Source: Phoronis australis
Taxonomy: Eukaryota; Animalia; Phoronida
DNA: 64,000 bases
Assembly (NCBI GenBank): GCA_002633005.1
Contig: NMRA01000175.1
Location: 528,916-592,915, forward strand
Reading direction: 5' to 3'
The notes beneath the pieces are model-generated. The model did no database searches. It was not told where the DNA came from and worked only from the letters and a program-made list of their open reading frames with translations. Shown here in pieces: positions 51,801 to 61,882 of the stretch (the first letter of the stretch is position 1; each line of letters opens with the position of its first letter). Made by a program: the position numbers and the translations under genes.

Positions 51801-52660
51801 TCTCTAATAATAATCACAGAAAAAAATTAACTAGTGTCCCCATAAAAAATGAAATATTGGCTATCAATATGCCAATGATCTCAGCGTAGATGTGAAAAAC
51901 TCCAAAAATTTCGGTTAGTTCTAATATCAATCAAAAATTTTAAAACCGCAAATCTGAAAATTGCCTTCGCACAGTAAGTACCCGTGGTCCTCCACATTCT
52001 GATCTAAGTACAGAGAGGTACAATCATAAATTTTCCTAAATATTTTAAAGAGCATAGAAAACGAAAGTTCTCAAAACGCTACCATGTGCCGTTTGAGAAT
52101 ATTTATAGAGTGAACACACATCTTGTGCACCTTGACCAAAAGGATACCATAAAGGTTATTGTGCTTGATAAAAGGGTAGGCGATGTTGTTGTAGTGTAGT
52201 ATAGGGGTCACGTTGCCTTCCTCTTCGCGTTCCATTAGTAACGTCATGAACTTGTCAATCACCGACATGTCGATGTCACCCCGGTAGTTACGACAGATCA
52301 GCACCTGTTAACACAGGTCGCATTCATCACAGTGCAATTGTATTTGCCAGTCACCACTGGCTGTAAGCATGTACCGCAAGAAACCACTGGTAGTTTTACA
52401 CAATTGTATGTGTCGTGTAAAAGTGGAAATTTTACAGACGACAACCAACAGTCAACAACAAATCATTGCAGTTAACTTATTTACAAGTTATAATTACCAT
52501 CATTGTATCACGGATCCAGATATAACTAGAACAACTTTCATGTTAGGATATTTTCCAAGCTTTCAGCTGTTGAGCTATGACCCTAACAAGGCATGATGAA
52601 AGTTCTTAAGTCACTTACCTTCCCCTTCATATCCAGAAAAAACACCGCTGATGCCGACAT
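39836..52660 (-). CDS. AP1M1: AP-1 adaptor complex subunit mu-1, 425 aa, 11 coding exons per isoform with duplicated exon 6
   Basis: Exons 52660-52619, 52304-52148, 51170-51103, 50360-50230, 49589-49445, [47588-47462 or 46432-46306], 44784-44642, 42815-42744, 42213-42055, 41040-40915, 39943-39836 total 1278 nt in frame. Reads [78 protein letters not shown]. Confidence 0.97.
43099..43240 (+). mobile_element. MITE family B copy in AP1M1 intron 7
   Basis: agagttcaatagctgt..aatcacgtg.tctcatt..agcaaggtccta matches 31031-31170. Confidence 0.75.
43320..44353. repeat. ~59/82-bp composite minisatellite; 43944-44353 is a near-exact re-copy of 43533-43942 across an N
   Basis: Unit tgttgactggtaggttgtattatgcga...cattgtttcaagca.taacaaacaaccagttc, with or without attattgcactagacta. 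The duplicated block ends ggaggtctatac on both sides of N43943. Confidence 0.92.
46306..46432 (-). CDS. AP1M1: AP1M1 alternative exon 6b ([42 protein letters not shown])
   Basis: 127 nt, ctctgtag| acceptor, A|GTAAGC donor, phase 0 to 1. Confidence 0.92.
46442..46530 (-). promoter_or_regulatory. Cluster of (U)GCAUG and (A)CUAAC splicing-regulatory motifs upstream of exon 6b
   Basis: 5 GCATG (2 TGCATG) and 3 CTAAC (2 ACTAAC) on the transcribed strand within about 100 nt of the 3' splice site. Confidence 0.65.
47462..47588 (-). CDS. AP1M1: AP1M1 alternative exon 6a ([42 protein letters not shown])
   Basis: 127 nt, cccag| acceptor, C|GTAAGA donor, phase 0 to 1. Confidence 0.92.
49646..49850. 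repeat. 22-bp purine-rich minisatellite (gaggtgatgagggggtgaaagg-like) x~9 in AP1M1 intron 4
   Basis: Direct tandem repeat ending about 55 nt from the exon 5 acceptor. Confidence 0.92.
51171..52147 (-). other. U12-type (minor spliceosome) GT-AG intron 2 of AP1M1, 977 nt
   Basis: 5' site GTATCCTTTT. Branch-site-like TCTTTAAC at 51190-51183, 12 nt from the intron end, with no real polypyrimidine tract. Confidence 0.88.
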
Positions 52661-52776
52661 TGTTCAGTGTACAGACTATCTTGTCTATGGGAAATAATCT
52701 GAAATAGCCAAGTATTTATTAGATCGTCATTTCAAATGTGAGCGAGTTGGCAGAAGAGAACTAGCACAGATGTCAG

Positions 52777-52996
52777 GGGCCCGTTCCAAGAAAACTGACT
52801 GAGCTAAGACAAATCTTAAATTGATTTTTCTCATGTCCATTCCAAGAAAGAGATCTTAAGTTTAACTGAAGTTCTTTACTAAAAGTTTTGTCTTAATTTT
52901 GATTATCTTAGATGTGATAGTTTCAAAGTTTGGAAATTGACACAAATCTTGGACTTAGTCAAAAATAAGCTTAAGTCATTTTGTTGGAACGGGCCC
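52777..52996. mobile_element. PIF/Harbinger-type MITE with CAG TSD, upstream of the AP1M1 ATG exon
   Basis: TIRs GGGCCCGTTCCAA / TTGGAACGGGCCC. CAG at 52774-52776 and 52997-52999. Confidence 0.88.
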
Positions 52997-53964
52997 CAGA
53001 ACCGTAATACTTCAGTAAACTTCAGCTGCTGCCATTTTCTGAAGGTACACCCATCAACTACCGATCACAGAGGTCACTGAAAACTGGCTGTTGATGAAAT
53101 GGACAAGAAAATGGCAGCAGCCAGTCGACTGTAGGGTACCTCATATCCAGATATCAAGCGAACGCAACATCAGACCTGAAATCTGTCACTACCTGGACGG
53201 AGGTTAATGATAGATGAATCGAATATTGGCATCGTTTTCAGTTTCTGATTGAGTAGTTTTGGACTTATGGAGGGATTCAGCTATCCAACTTTTACCATCA
53301 TTTTTTGTTTTCTGAAGCAAGTGCACGCTGATGTTCAATAGTGAGCTCTCACTTTGAGTGGGCACTCACTCAATTTAGGCCAGCGCGCAATCTACTGAAC
53401 AGGCTTGGGTTGGACTGGTGACGCGACTTCAACAACAGGCACCTTTAATTAGTCGCTCATCATGGTTAACAACAACATTTCAATATGGCCGATGAGTAGG
53501 CAAGTCGTTGCCGATTAAAATCAGAGGGAAANTTTAAAGATACACTTCAAGCTGGTAATTACAGGTATCGGTGTATAACTTAATGTTTATATATAGGAGA
53601 CTCGCGCCTGTGCCAACTGAAATGCACAACATTTTCAACCATTCAGCATTCCACTGACAGTTGTGTCTTCATTAAGTTCATTATCCATACATGTCTCGTA
53701 ATTACCCATTTGAAGTGCATTTTTTATTGTCCCGGTAATTCTAATTAGAAACAACTCGGATAACAGTGAGCGGCTGATGGGAGTGCCTGTGCTTGGGTTA
53801 GGCATTTACATCACCTGCGACATACACAAGCAATGGTATAACCCTACAAAAAGTTGCTCGTTCCAAAATACGGCAAGTAACATCAATTCAAAACATGCAT
53901 TGAGCTATAATTATCACATACTACGATTCTGGAGACTTCAAGACAATTTAGTCTAGAAACATAT

Positions 53965-54399
53965 TGCTGTGGCCTAACTCGCGTGATGTCAATTGAAATA
54001 CATTGTAGTTATCATGCATGTTAACGGACACCAAAAAGTGGAGTTTATTTTCTTCGCCAAAGTCATCTTCCCGTAGACATGCCTCATCGAGGACATGTAT
54101 AGGACAAGAAAGGATAACTGAAGAAAGTACTAGTAAGTGCTTTCAACTTTTTAAGTGTAAAATGTATTTTTGACGAGCTGAAAACTTCTTATTCGGTGAG
54201 TGGATTTGGCCTACCGACCGTTCAAAATACACAGGATGAAATTAACACAAACTGATGAGGAGTGTTGTAGCCCCTAGCCAGCCAGTCAATGGTTTGTGTC
54301 TTGCCTATGGCTACGCTTGAGTTAAGCAACAAGTAGCCCCTTGCCAGCTGCCTATCTAGGGGCTACAATACTCCCCATTGGTTTCTGTACTAATCTCAT
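53965..54399 (+). repeat. Repeat family E (copies also ~57825-58285 and ~60452-60955), ending in a 164-bp hairpin
   Basis: Shared gcctaactcgc.tga..tcaattga, aatgtatttttga..ag.tgaaaact and gaaatt.gtac..aa..tgtagcc blocks. Inverted arms at 54236-54285 and 54350-54399. Confidence 0.75.
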
Positions 54400-56844
54400 G
54401 TGTGCAACTAAATGAACTGCATAAAACTATCAACTAGACAGCAATCCATTAATATTAATGGCCGTGTCTTCACTAAGATAAACATTGATACTTGTATTAT
54501 GAAATTGAAACTTAACTGTCCCATTACTTTTAATCAGTAAAAACTCGGCTTCTCGTCAGCCATATTGGATAGCTCTTGTATACTTTCTGTACACAAGCAT
54601 AACAGTGAGCAGCTGATGCGAATGTCTGTTACCAAAAACACACAACACTTCAACAACTAGTAGCCAATACTCAGCTCTTAAACAGAGTTGAAGGTCTACT
54701 GGAAGGCTTTTCACCACATGGGGAAATGGATATAAACCAAAAGAATGGGAGGAAAATTCTTGTTTAGTAGGTTAGGACTAACCATACCAAATTCCCTTGA
54801 CACGTTTAAAAAAACCACCAACGGTCTTATCGGTTTTACTTCTTCTCCTTTTGCCTTCATCTAACAACAACGAATAAAATCCTTTGGCATCTTCTACGCT
54901 TAGTTTTTGACCTAATGACTTCATGTAGTGACCCGAACACCAGCCAGTGAGCTCATTAAATGCTCAAGTTCACTGGTAGGTTAAAAAATGCAAATAGCGG
55001 AGTGACAGAAGAACAGTAAAAAGTCGAATCTTTGAAGTTCTTACAAAGGGCTTGATTTCTGTGCAGTTAGATTCGCCGTATTAATTCTGGGGAAAAATGT
55101 GTTCACGTGATCTAACTTTCGACACATGCTGGCTATTGTTTGACGTGCAGTTTGCATGTGATGTGTATGGCACTTCATTCTACACTTAAAATGCGGACTT
55201 CCAACCCTATTTAAGGATGCAAAATGTACCCACTCATCCAAGGCTTTACCACAAACAGGTGGCGCTGTGTGTAATATCCTGCTTCGCTAACAGGTAGCGC
55301 TGCTTTTAAGCAGTCATGTCACTTGTTTATAGCGGGTAATCAGACAAGCAGACAGTCTTCGACGTTGATAGACTTGTTGCAATTTTTGTGTACAATCTTG
55401 ACTCAACTCAACAGTCCTTTTCAGGACTAGCCCACCAGTCCTTTTCAGGACAACTTATGATTCATTTGTTCTTTAAAATATTTTAGTGTGATTTATATTG
55501 TAGTGTTCATTAAAAGGTTATAAGAATCGTATTCTCCTAGTGTGTTAAACTGTGAAAAATTGGCGAGAGACTGGCACCTTTATTGTAGGTGCCAATTCTG
55601 CTAATTCACACCTTTTTTGTGGGGTAGATTTTTCTGCAGGAAGTCAGTCAGTGCACCATTTGGGGTTGAGGCCAATGAAATGGGTCTTTAGCAAGGACGA
55701 AATGGAAACATAGTGGCCTTTTGGACCTCACACGGGTTCCGCAAAACTTGTTGAAAAAGTACTGTCTACCTGCATTTATTGGTACACACCAGCTGGCACC
55801 TTGTCAATATGAGTGATTCCATACGTCCCCCTTAATCAAGTCTTTTGAAAATTCCGTCGAATGGACACAATGAACCACACATTTTGAATTAAAATTCACT
55901 TTCCGACTATTTTGAGACTGTCGTGTTGCGACAAAAGACCCAGAAAACATATCGACCGTGGCTTTTGAGCGATCTGCCCTGAAAAAACACCCACGGCACA
56001 GCTTCCCTCTCATCAGCATTGGTCACCGCCTCTAAAATCCACCTCCATTATAAAAGCCGACATGTACTGCCGCTAAAGCCACCGCCGCCGCCGCCAACAT
56101 CACCCCCAGCCAACATCACCCCCAGCCAACCCCCCCCTGGACACAGCCTTATGTGGGTTCCTCGAGAACAGGATTGTTGTGGCAAGATTTGCCTCTCTTG
56201 GCGATAAAGTGACAAACCATGTGATTGGTGCAAAGTGCCACCTGTTTGCGGTAAAGCCTTGGAGGAATGGATACCTTTTGCATTTAAGGCCAAATTTAAG
56301 GGTTGGTTTACAGTAGAGTTCAACAACGGGTAAATGGCGACTAAATTAGTTGTATGTCGAAACCAATTGCAAAATGAATCAATCACAGAAATTGGTTAGG
56401 CCTACTCACGGATACTATAAGTTGCTAAACGATTGATGCTTCACGAATTTCACGCCCACATTTCTCCTGTTTTATTCAGCCGAGCCAAAATCGCCAACAT
56501 CACCTCCTCCAAATCGGGTTTCCGGTTGTCACTAAAAAGCTAGTTCGACTAATTACTAATCCTTGCACAGTGTCTTATTTAGCATCGAAAGCTCAATAGA
56601 TGGTATGAATAGTTTACTGAAAAGAAATGGTGCTAACGTTATATGGATAATTGTCTGTTTTTAATGAAATCTATTCGAAATTTACTTTTAGCGTATTTCC
56701 TGTCAGCGCGAAAAACAAAACAAAAAGCAAGTGGGTCAAAACGTGTGCGTTTTTCATTTAGTTACCGTCGAGGAGTGAGGTAAGTATATCTTCATGTGTA
56801 ACGGGAAATGCAATTTTACGTCTCTGTCCATTTGATTTGTCGTT

Positions 56845-57608
56845 AAAGTTTAGAGTCGAACTTTTGACTTGAGCTTGACCTGTTGACTGGCTTGGCTGCC
56901 GCTGTGTGTGAACTCAATCTCAAGTCAAGAACTCCATCGTCTCTACCTCTACTGCCACTGGCCAATAGTCCCAGTATAGGGTAAAGTGAAAACGCGTAGT
57001 TTAAACTGTGTCAATTATTGACGGTAAAGTTGACACATTTCGTTTCATGACAGAAAACCCGCAGAAACATCCTAAACATGCGCGGCCTGAATTATAGGCA
57101 ATTATAGTCCGATTACCTCTCGTCGTCAGTCTCCAAAGGTCGTCCGCCATCTTGTTTCGCGTGCAGCGCTGCCACGCGGGACTTAGCGTTCCAATTTGGA
57201 ACGCTCGTCTGCACGTTAGGTACTAACCTCTCGGGAGAAACACGCGTGGAAGAACTGAGACTAAAATTAATGCATTTACCGACTGTTTTTTTGAGACCAC
57301 TTAAAAACTTGTTGATTTTACTAATGCACTTTTTTGTTCATTTTCAGAAGATATTTTCGAANAAAGTTTAGAGTCGAACTTTTGACTTGAGCTTGACCTG
57401 TGGCTGTGTGTGAACTCAATCTCAAGTCAAGAACTCCATCGTCTCTACCTCTACTGCCACTGGCCAATAGTCCCAGTATAGGGTAAAGTGAAAACGCGTA
57501 GTTTAAACTGTGTCGATTATTGACGGTAAAGTTGACACATTTCGTTTCATGACAGAAAACCCGCAGAAACATCCTAAACATGCGCGGCCTGAATTATAGG
57601 CAATTATA
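56845..57608. repeat. ~250-bp near-identical duplication (56845-57106 and 57363-57608) across N57362
   Basis: aaagtttagagtcgaacttttgacttgagc ... gcggcctgaattataggcaattata is present twice, with a small indel. Confidence 0.9.
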
Positions 57609-58754
57609 TCACCCTGGATCTGGATGCCGCAGGCATACAGGGGCGATAGTACATCCCCACAAAAAGTTACAAATTCCAAAATACAGAAAAAAAAATCAAA
57701 TGAAACATGTATATATGCACATGGAGTTATAGATAACACATAGCATAAGTCTGGAGACGATTCAGTCAAGATAATTTGAACAAATCGATGAAAATCTGTC
57801 GCGGTTTGTTCGAGTTTCTCTTACTGGGTGCCATTTTGAGGAAGTTACGTGAAATCACGCATGTTGACGAACAAACAGTCCAAGGGACACAAATCTTACA
57901 AATTTAACCTGATGCCTTCCCATGCTATTTTGCAAGTGTCACGCGCTAGCGTCGCGCGCTTCGCTCAGTTTTGCAATAACCTTTGCCTTACTCATGTGAC
58001 TCAGTTGAAATACTTTGTCGTTATCGCGCATGTGGTGAAAAAATTAACGGTGACCAAACAAGTAAAGTTGGAATTCTTTGCCAAAGTCACTTTAATTCTC
58101 GTAACTATATAAGCTTCAGCGAAGATATGTTTAGAAGTAGACGATTTTAAGTGTGGAATGTATTTTTGACAAGGTGAAAACTCCTAATCGGTGGCCGGAT
58201 TTGGCCTACCGCCCATTTAAATTGCACGGAACGAAATTCGTACCGAAAGCAATGGGAAGTATTGTAGCCCCTAACCGGCCAACCAAGGGGCTACGTATAG
58301 GCCTGAACCTGCATCGCAGGCGTTCACTTTCCGTCGCCAGGCAGAACAACCAGTGCACACACCTCAAATCGGACCTCCGCCAACCTGGGAACGTACCTGC
58401 ACTCCCTGTCTTCCACTGGTCAGTACGGAGGCCGTGCTGCGGCACCGATACGGAGGCCGTAGTCCGGTGCCGATAGTCATGTGTAACACGGCAATCGAAC
58501 ATATACATAGGCAGGGTCATGACTTCCAAGGCGGGGACCATGACGATAAGCCCACCGAAGAGCTGAGTCGAGGCAGACCATCACATAAAGACCTGGCGTA
58601 AGATGTGCTTCACATACACATTCAGGGTTAGTCACTGCCGTGGAGCCCAAACGATTGGCACACAGCCAAGTCGTCAGATCACCAAGTGAAGACATGGCGC
58701 ATGCTCCACAATAATAAAATCTCTATTTCGCCGCCCAAGTTGAGCCTTACAGAT

Positions 58755-59430
58755 ACCGACACAAATGGCCAATAAACGACACATTTCTGGGAACTTTGAA
58801 AATTTTTCAACACAATGTTTCTGAAAGCGACACAAATGGCCAGTAATCAACACATTTCTCGGGACTTAGAAATTTTCATGCATACGCAAAGAAAGACCTG
58901 CAGGGGGGCTGTAACACTCTGGTCACAGCCAGTGCAGACCTCGAAGGCCGACTTTACTGCGTGGACTTAGAAAATTTCGCACATACGCAGGGACAGACAT
59001 GCCGGGACACGACTAGGGACTGTATCTGGGCCCGCCGCTCAACCCCGCTACGTTTGCTTACCGTTGTTATGTTTTCAAGGCTCCTTTTAGAAAGCGACAC
59101 AAATGGCCAGTAAACGACACATTTCTTGGGACTTAGAAAATTCTTCAATGAACGTTTCTGAAACCGACACAAATGGCCAATAATCGATACATTTTAGGGG
59201 AATTGGAAAGTTTTTCAATGCAACGTTTCTGAAACCAACACAAATGGCCAATAATCCACACATTTCTCGGGACTTAGAAAATTTCGCTCATACGCAGGGA
59301 CAGACGTGTAGAGGGACTGCAGCCCTCCGGCCTAGGCCAGCGCAGACCTCGCACCCCGACTTGACTGCGTGAACCGCCGTCTGGGGATTTTTCACAGATA
59401 GCCAGGACACAACTAGGAACTGTATGCCGT
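58755..59430. repeat. Complex tandem/subterminal repeat (gacacaaatggcca.taa.cgacacatttct x5, plus ggacttagaaaatttcgc.catacgcagggacagac)
   Basis: Units at about 58759, 58829, 59096, 59166 and 59238. Longer GC-rich blocks are repeated at 58860-59030 and 59270-59425. Confidence 0.85.
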
Positions 59431-60182
59431 CCCTTGCGGCAGGTGGCGCGTGCAGTGTGAAAATGGCGAGTTACCGATTTTGGGAACTAAACGAGGGACT
59501 GCTTGAAGAAAAAGTTTGATAACGGGAATATTTGTTCGAGTTGGAAGAAATTAAATATATGGACGGCCTCCAAAGGTGTCCCTCTATGCGCAAAAGTTAT
59601 TTGTAACAACATGACTTTGATGTTTTAGTCAGTGCGAGGCATAATTCGCCGAAAAGCTTCCGGTATATGAAGGGCCTATAGGAGACCCACGGTGGTCACT
59701 GTCTAGTCAAGAACAAGATCGCTTATGCATGAACTTGGAATACCATGGGCGCACCCAGCCTAAAAATGGGGTGCTCAAATTGTTGAATATGTTTACCTTT
59801 TATTTAGTTTCATGGGGTACGTTCAGAGCTATGAACTGTGCATTTGCCAAATTTTGGTAGTTCCTGCCTTTTTAGTGGACTTTTGTCTCATTTTCTACTT
59901 CAGAGTTTGATAACGAAAGTATTTGTTCAAGCTGGGAAGAGTTAATGACATCCTAAGCTGTCCCTCTATGCGCATAAGGTACTTACAGCATTATGACTTT
60001 GATGGTAAGGCAAAATTTGGCAAAAAGCTTCTGGCCAATGGGATGGCCACCGTCTCTAGTTGTGCCAGTTGAGACGGTGGTACTGTCTAGGCATAACAGT
60101 GTTATTCCAGGGTCCTCGGTCACCTGGGGTGAGAAGTGCTTGTGTCATTTTCTCAAGTTGCCAAACCTTTTGACTTTTACAT

Positions 60183-60262
60183 CGCCTGTGGACACTGCAG
60201 GCAACCTGTGGACAGTGCAGGCAGCATGTGGACACTGCAAACAGCCTGTGGACACTGCAGGT
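60183..60262. repeat. 20-bp tandem repeat cctgtggacactgcaggca x4
   Basis: Direct tandem repeat. Confidence 0.9.
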
Positions 60263-61882
60263 AGCCACAGGCTATACCATATCATTCACCAAAAGTTTCT
60301 TGTCTCAAAATACAGCAAATAACTTTAAATGAAGCAAGCATACTTACACAGTGAGTTATAATTAACACATACCACAACTTTAGATACTATTTAATCAACA
60401 CAATTTGAAACTGTCCATGAAATCTGTCAAGGCTCCTTCAAGCTTCCATCGCCGGGTGCCATTGTGAGGAAGTTACACGAAATCACGCCAGTTCACAAAC
60501 AAAATGTCCATGGGATATCATACAAGTTCATCCAGATATCCTTCCATGCTGCTTGTTGCAAGTATGCAGCCACCAGGTTACACACTCCACTCACCCTCTT
60601 GTGGCCTAACTCGCATGACATCAATTGACCTTACTATATGATTATCCCGCCCTGGGAAAAAGTTAGAGGCAACCAAAAAAGTGGAGCTGGAATTGTTTGC
60701 AAAGTGATCTTAATTCCCCTAGACATCCTTCATTGAGTATATACATAGAACCAGGAAAAATCGCTGAAGAAAGTTAGCTCTTTTTAGTGTCAATTTTGAG
60801 TTTAAAATGTATTTTTGATAAGGTGAAAACTTGTTTTTCGGTGACTGGTTTTAGACTACTTCCCGTTTAAAATACAAGGGGATGAAATTAGTACAGAGAA
60901 TAATAGGGTGTGATGTAGCCTCTCGCCAGCCAGAAGCAATTCCTGTGTCTTGCCCATAAAACCTTATATTTTGCATTTATTTCAAATCATTGTCTCTATT
61001 CTGCCTAGTGGCACAGAGCACAGAAATAACCTTTCTTGAAAGTGGATTAGCCTAAAGATGTCTATACTCGGGGAACAGTTGTCACGGTGCGAGATTGTCA
61101 CGGTGCGAGTTGACACGGCTCGACTTGCTCCACTTTAGTCGCATTTACGAGTATATGACATCAGATCACAAACTAGATCAGCACGAGTCATTAACAGTAA
61201 GACTGTCTCTACATTGTTCATGCTTGCATAAGCAATAGCAAATGTCCAAACCCCGTGAATGCTATCGAATCACCCATATAGACAATGTTATGCAAGCGTA
61301 ACAGAAATGATCCCTTTCGCCTCGCCGCAGTTTGTGTTTAGATGTGTAGTTGACATTGGACCAACTGACGAGTGAAATTTGCTCTACCTCTTAAACAGAT
61401 GTTAAAAATGGCCGCCATGGTGTTAACTTCCTCCGGGTCAGTCAAATTAACATGTCCGATCATCTGTTTCATGTTAGTTGCTCTGTGTCAACTGTTTTTC
61501 ATGTAAATGCAGTTTAAGTAGTAGGGGGTGTTAGATAGTGAACTCCTACAATGACTTTCTTTTCTTTATAATATGTAGTTGCCCTGCTTTCTGATCAACG
61601 TAATCCAGATTCTGATCTCCTCGTCAAGGTTGTTAATGTTGGAAGCTAGGGCATGCTTATGAAGTCGATTTTTGCTGATAAAACATTCTGAAGCCAAGCC
61701 AGGCTCGCGCTAGACTATTAATTAGCCAAAATGGCTAAAACATCTGAAAACTTTTACCCTTTTTCAAAATTTATTAGCCAAACACTCCCTATCCCCGGGT
61801 TACAGCATGGGTATACTGGCCATGTGGGCGTTGACCCAAAAAATTGGGCAGTGGTTGCCCCTATACCCGGGTTACGCATTTT

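Noticed and set aside
58153-58700. GC-rich stretch with ORFs on both strands
   Set aside because: No convincing protein motif or exon boundaries, and it is embedded among repeats.
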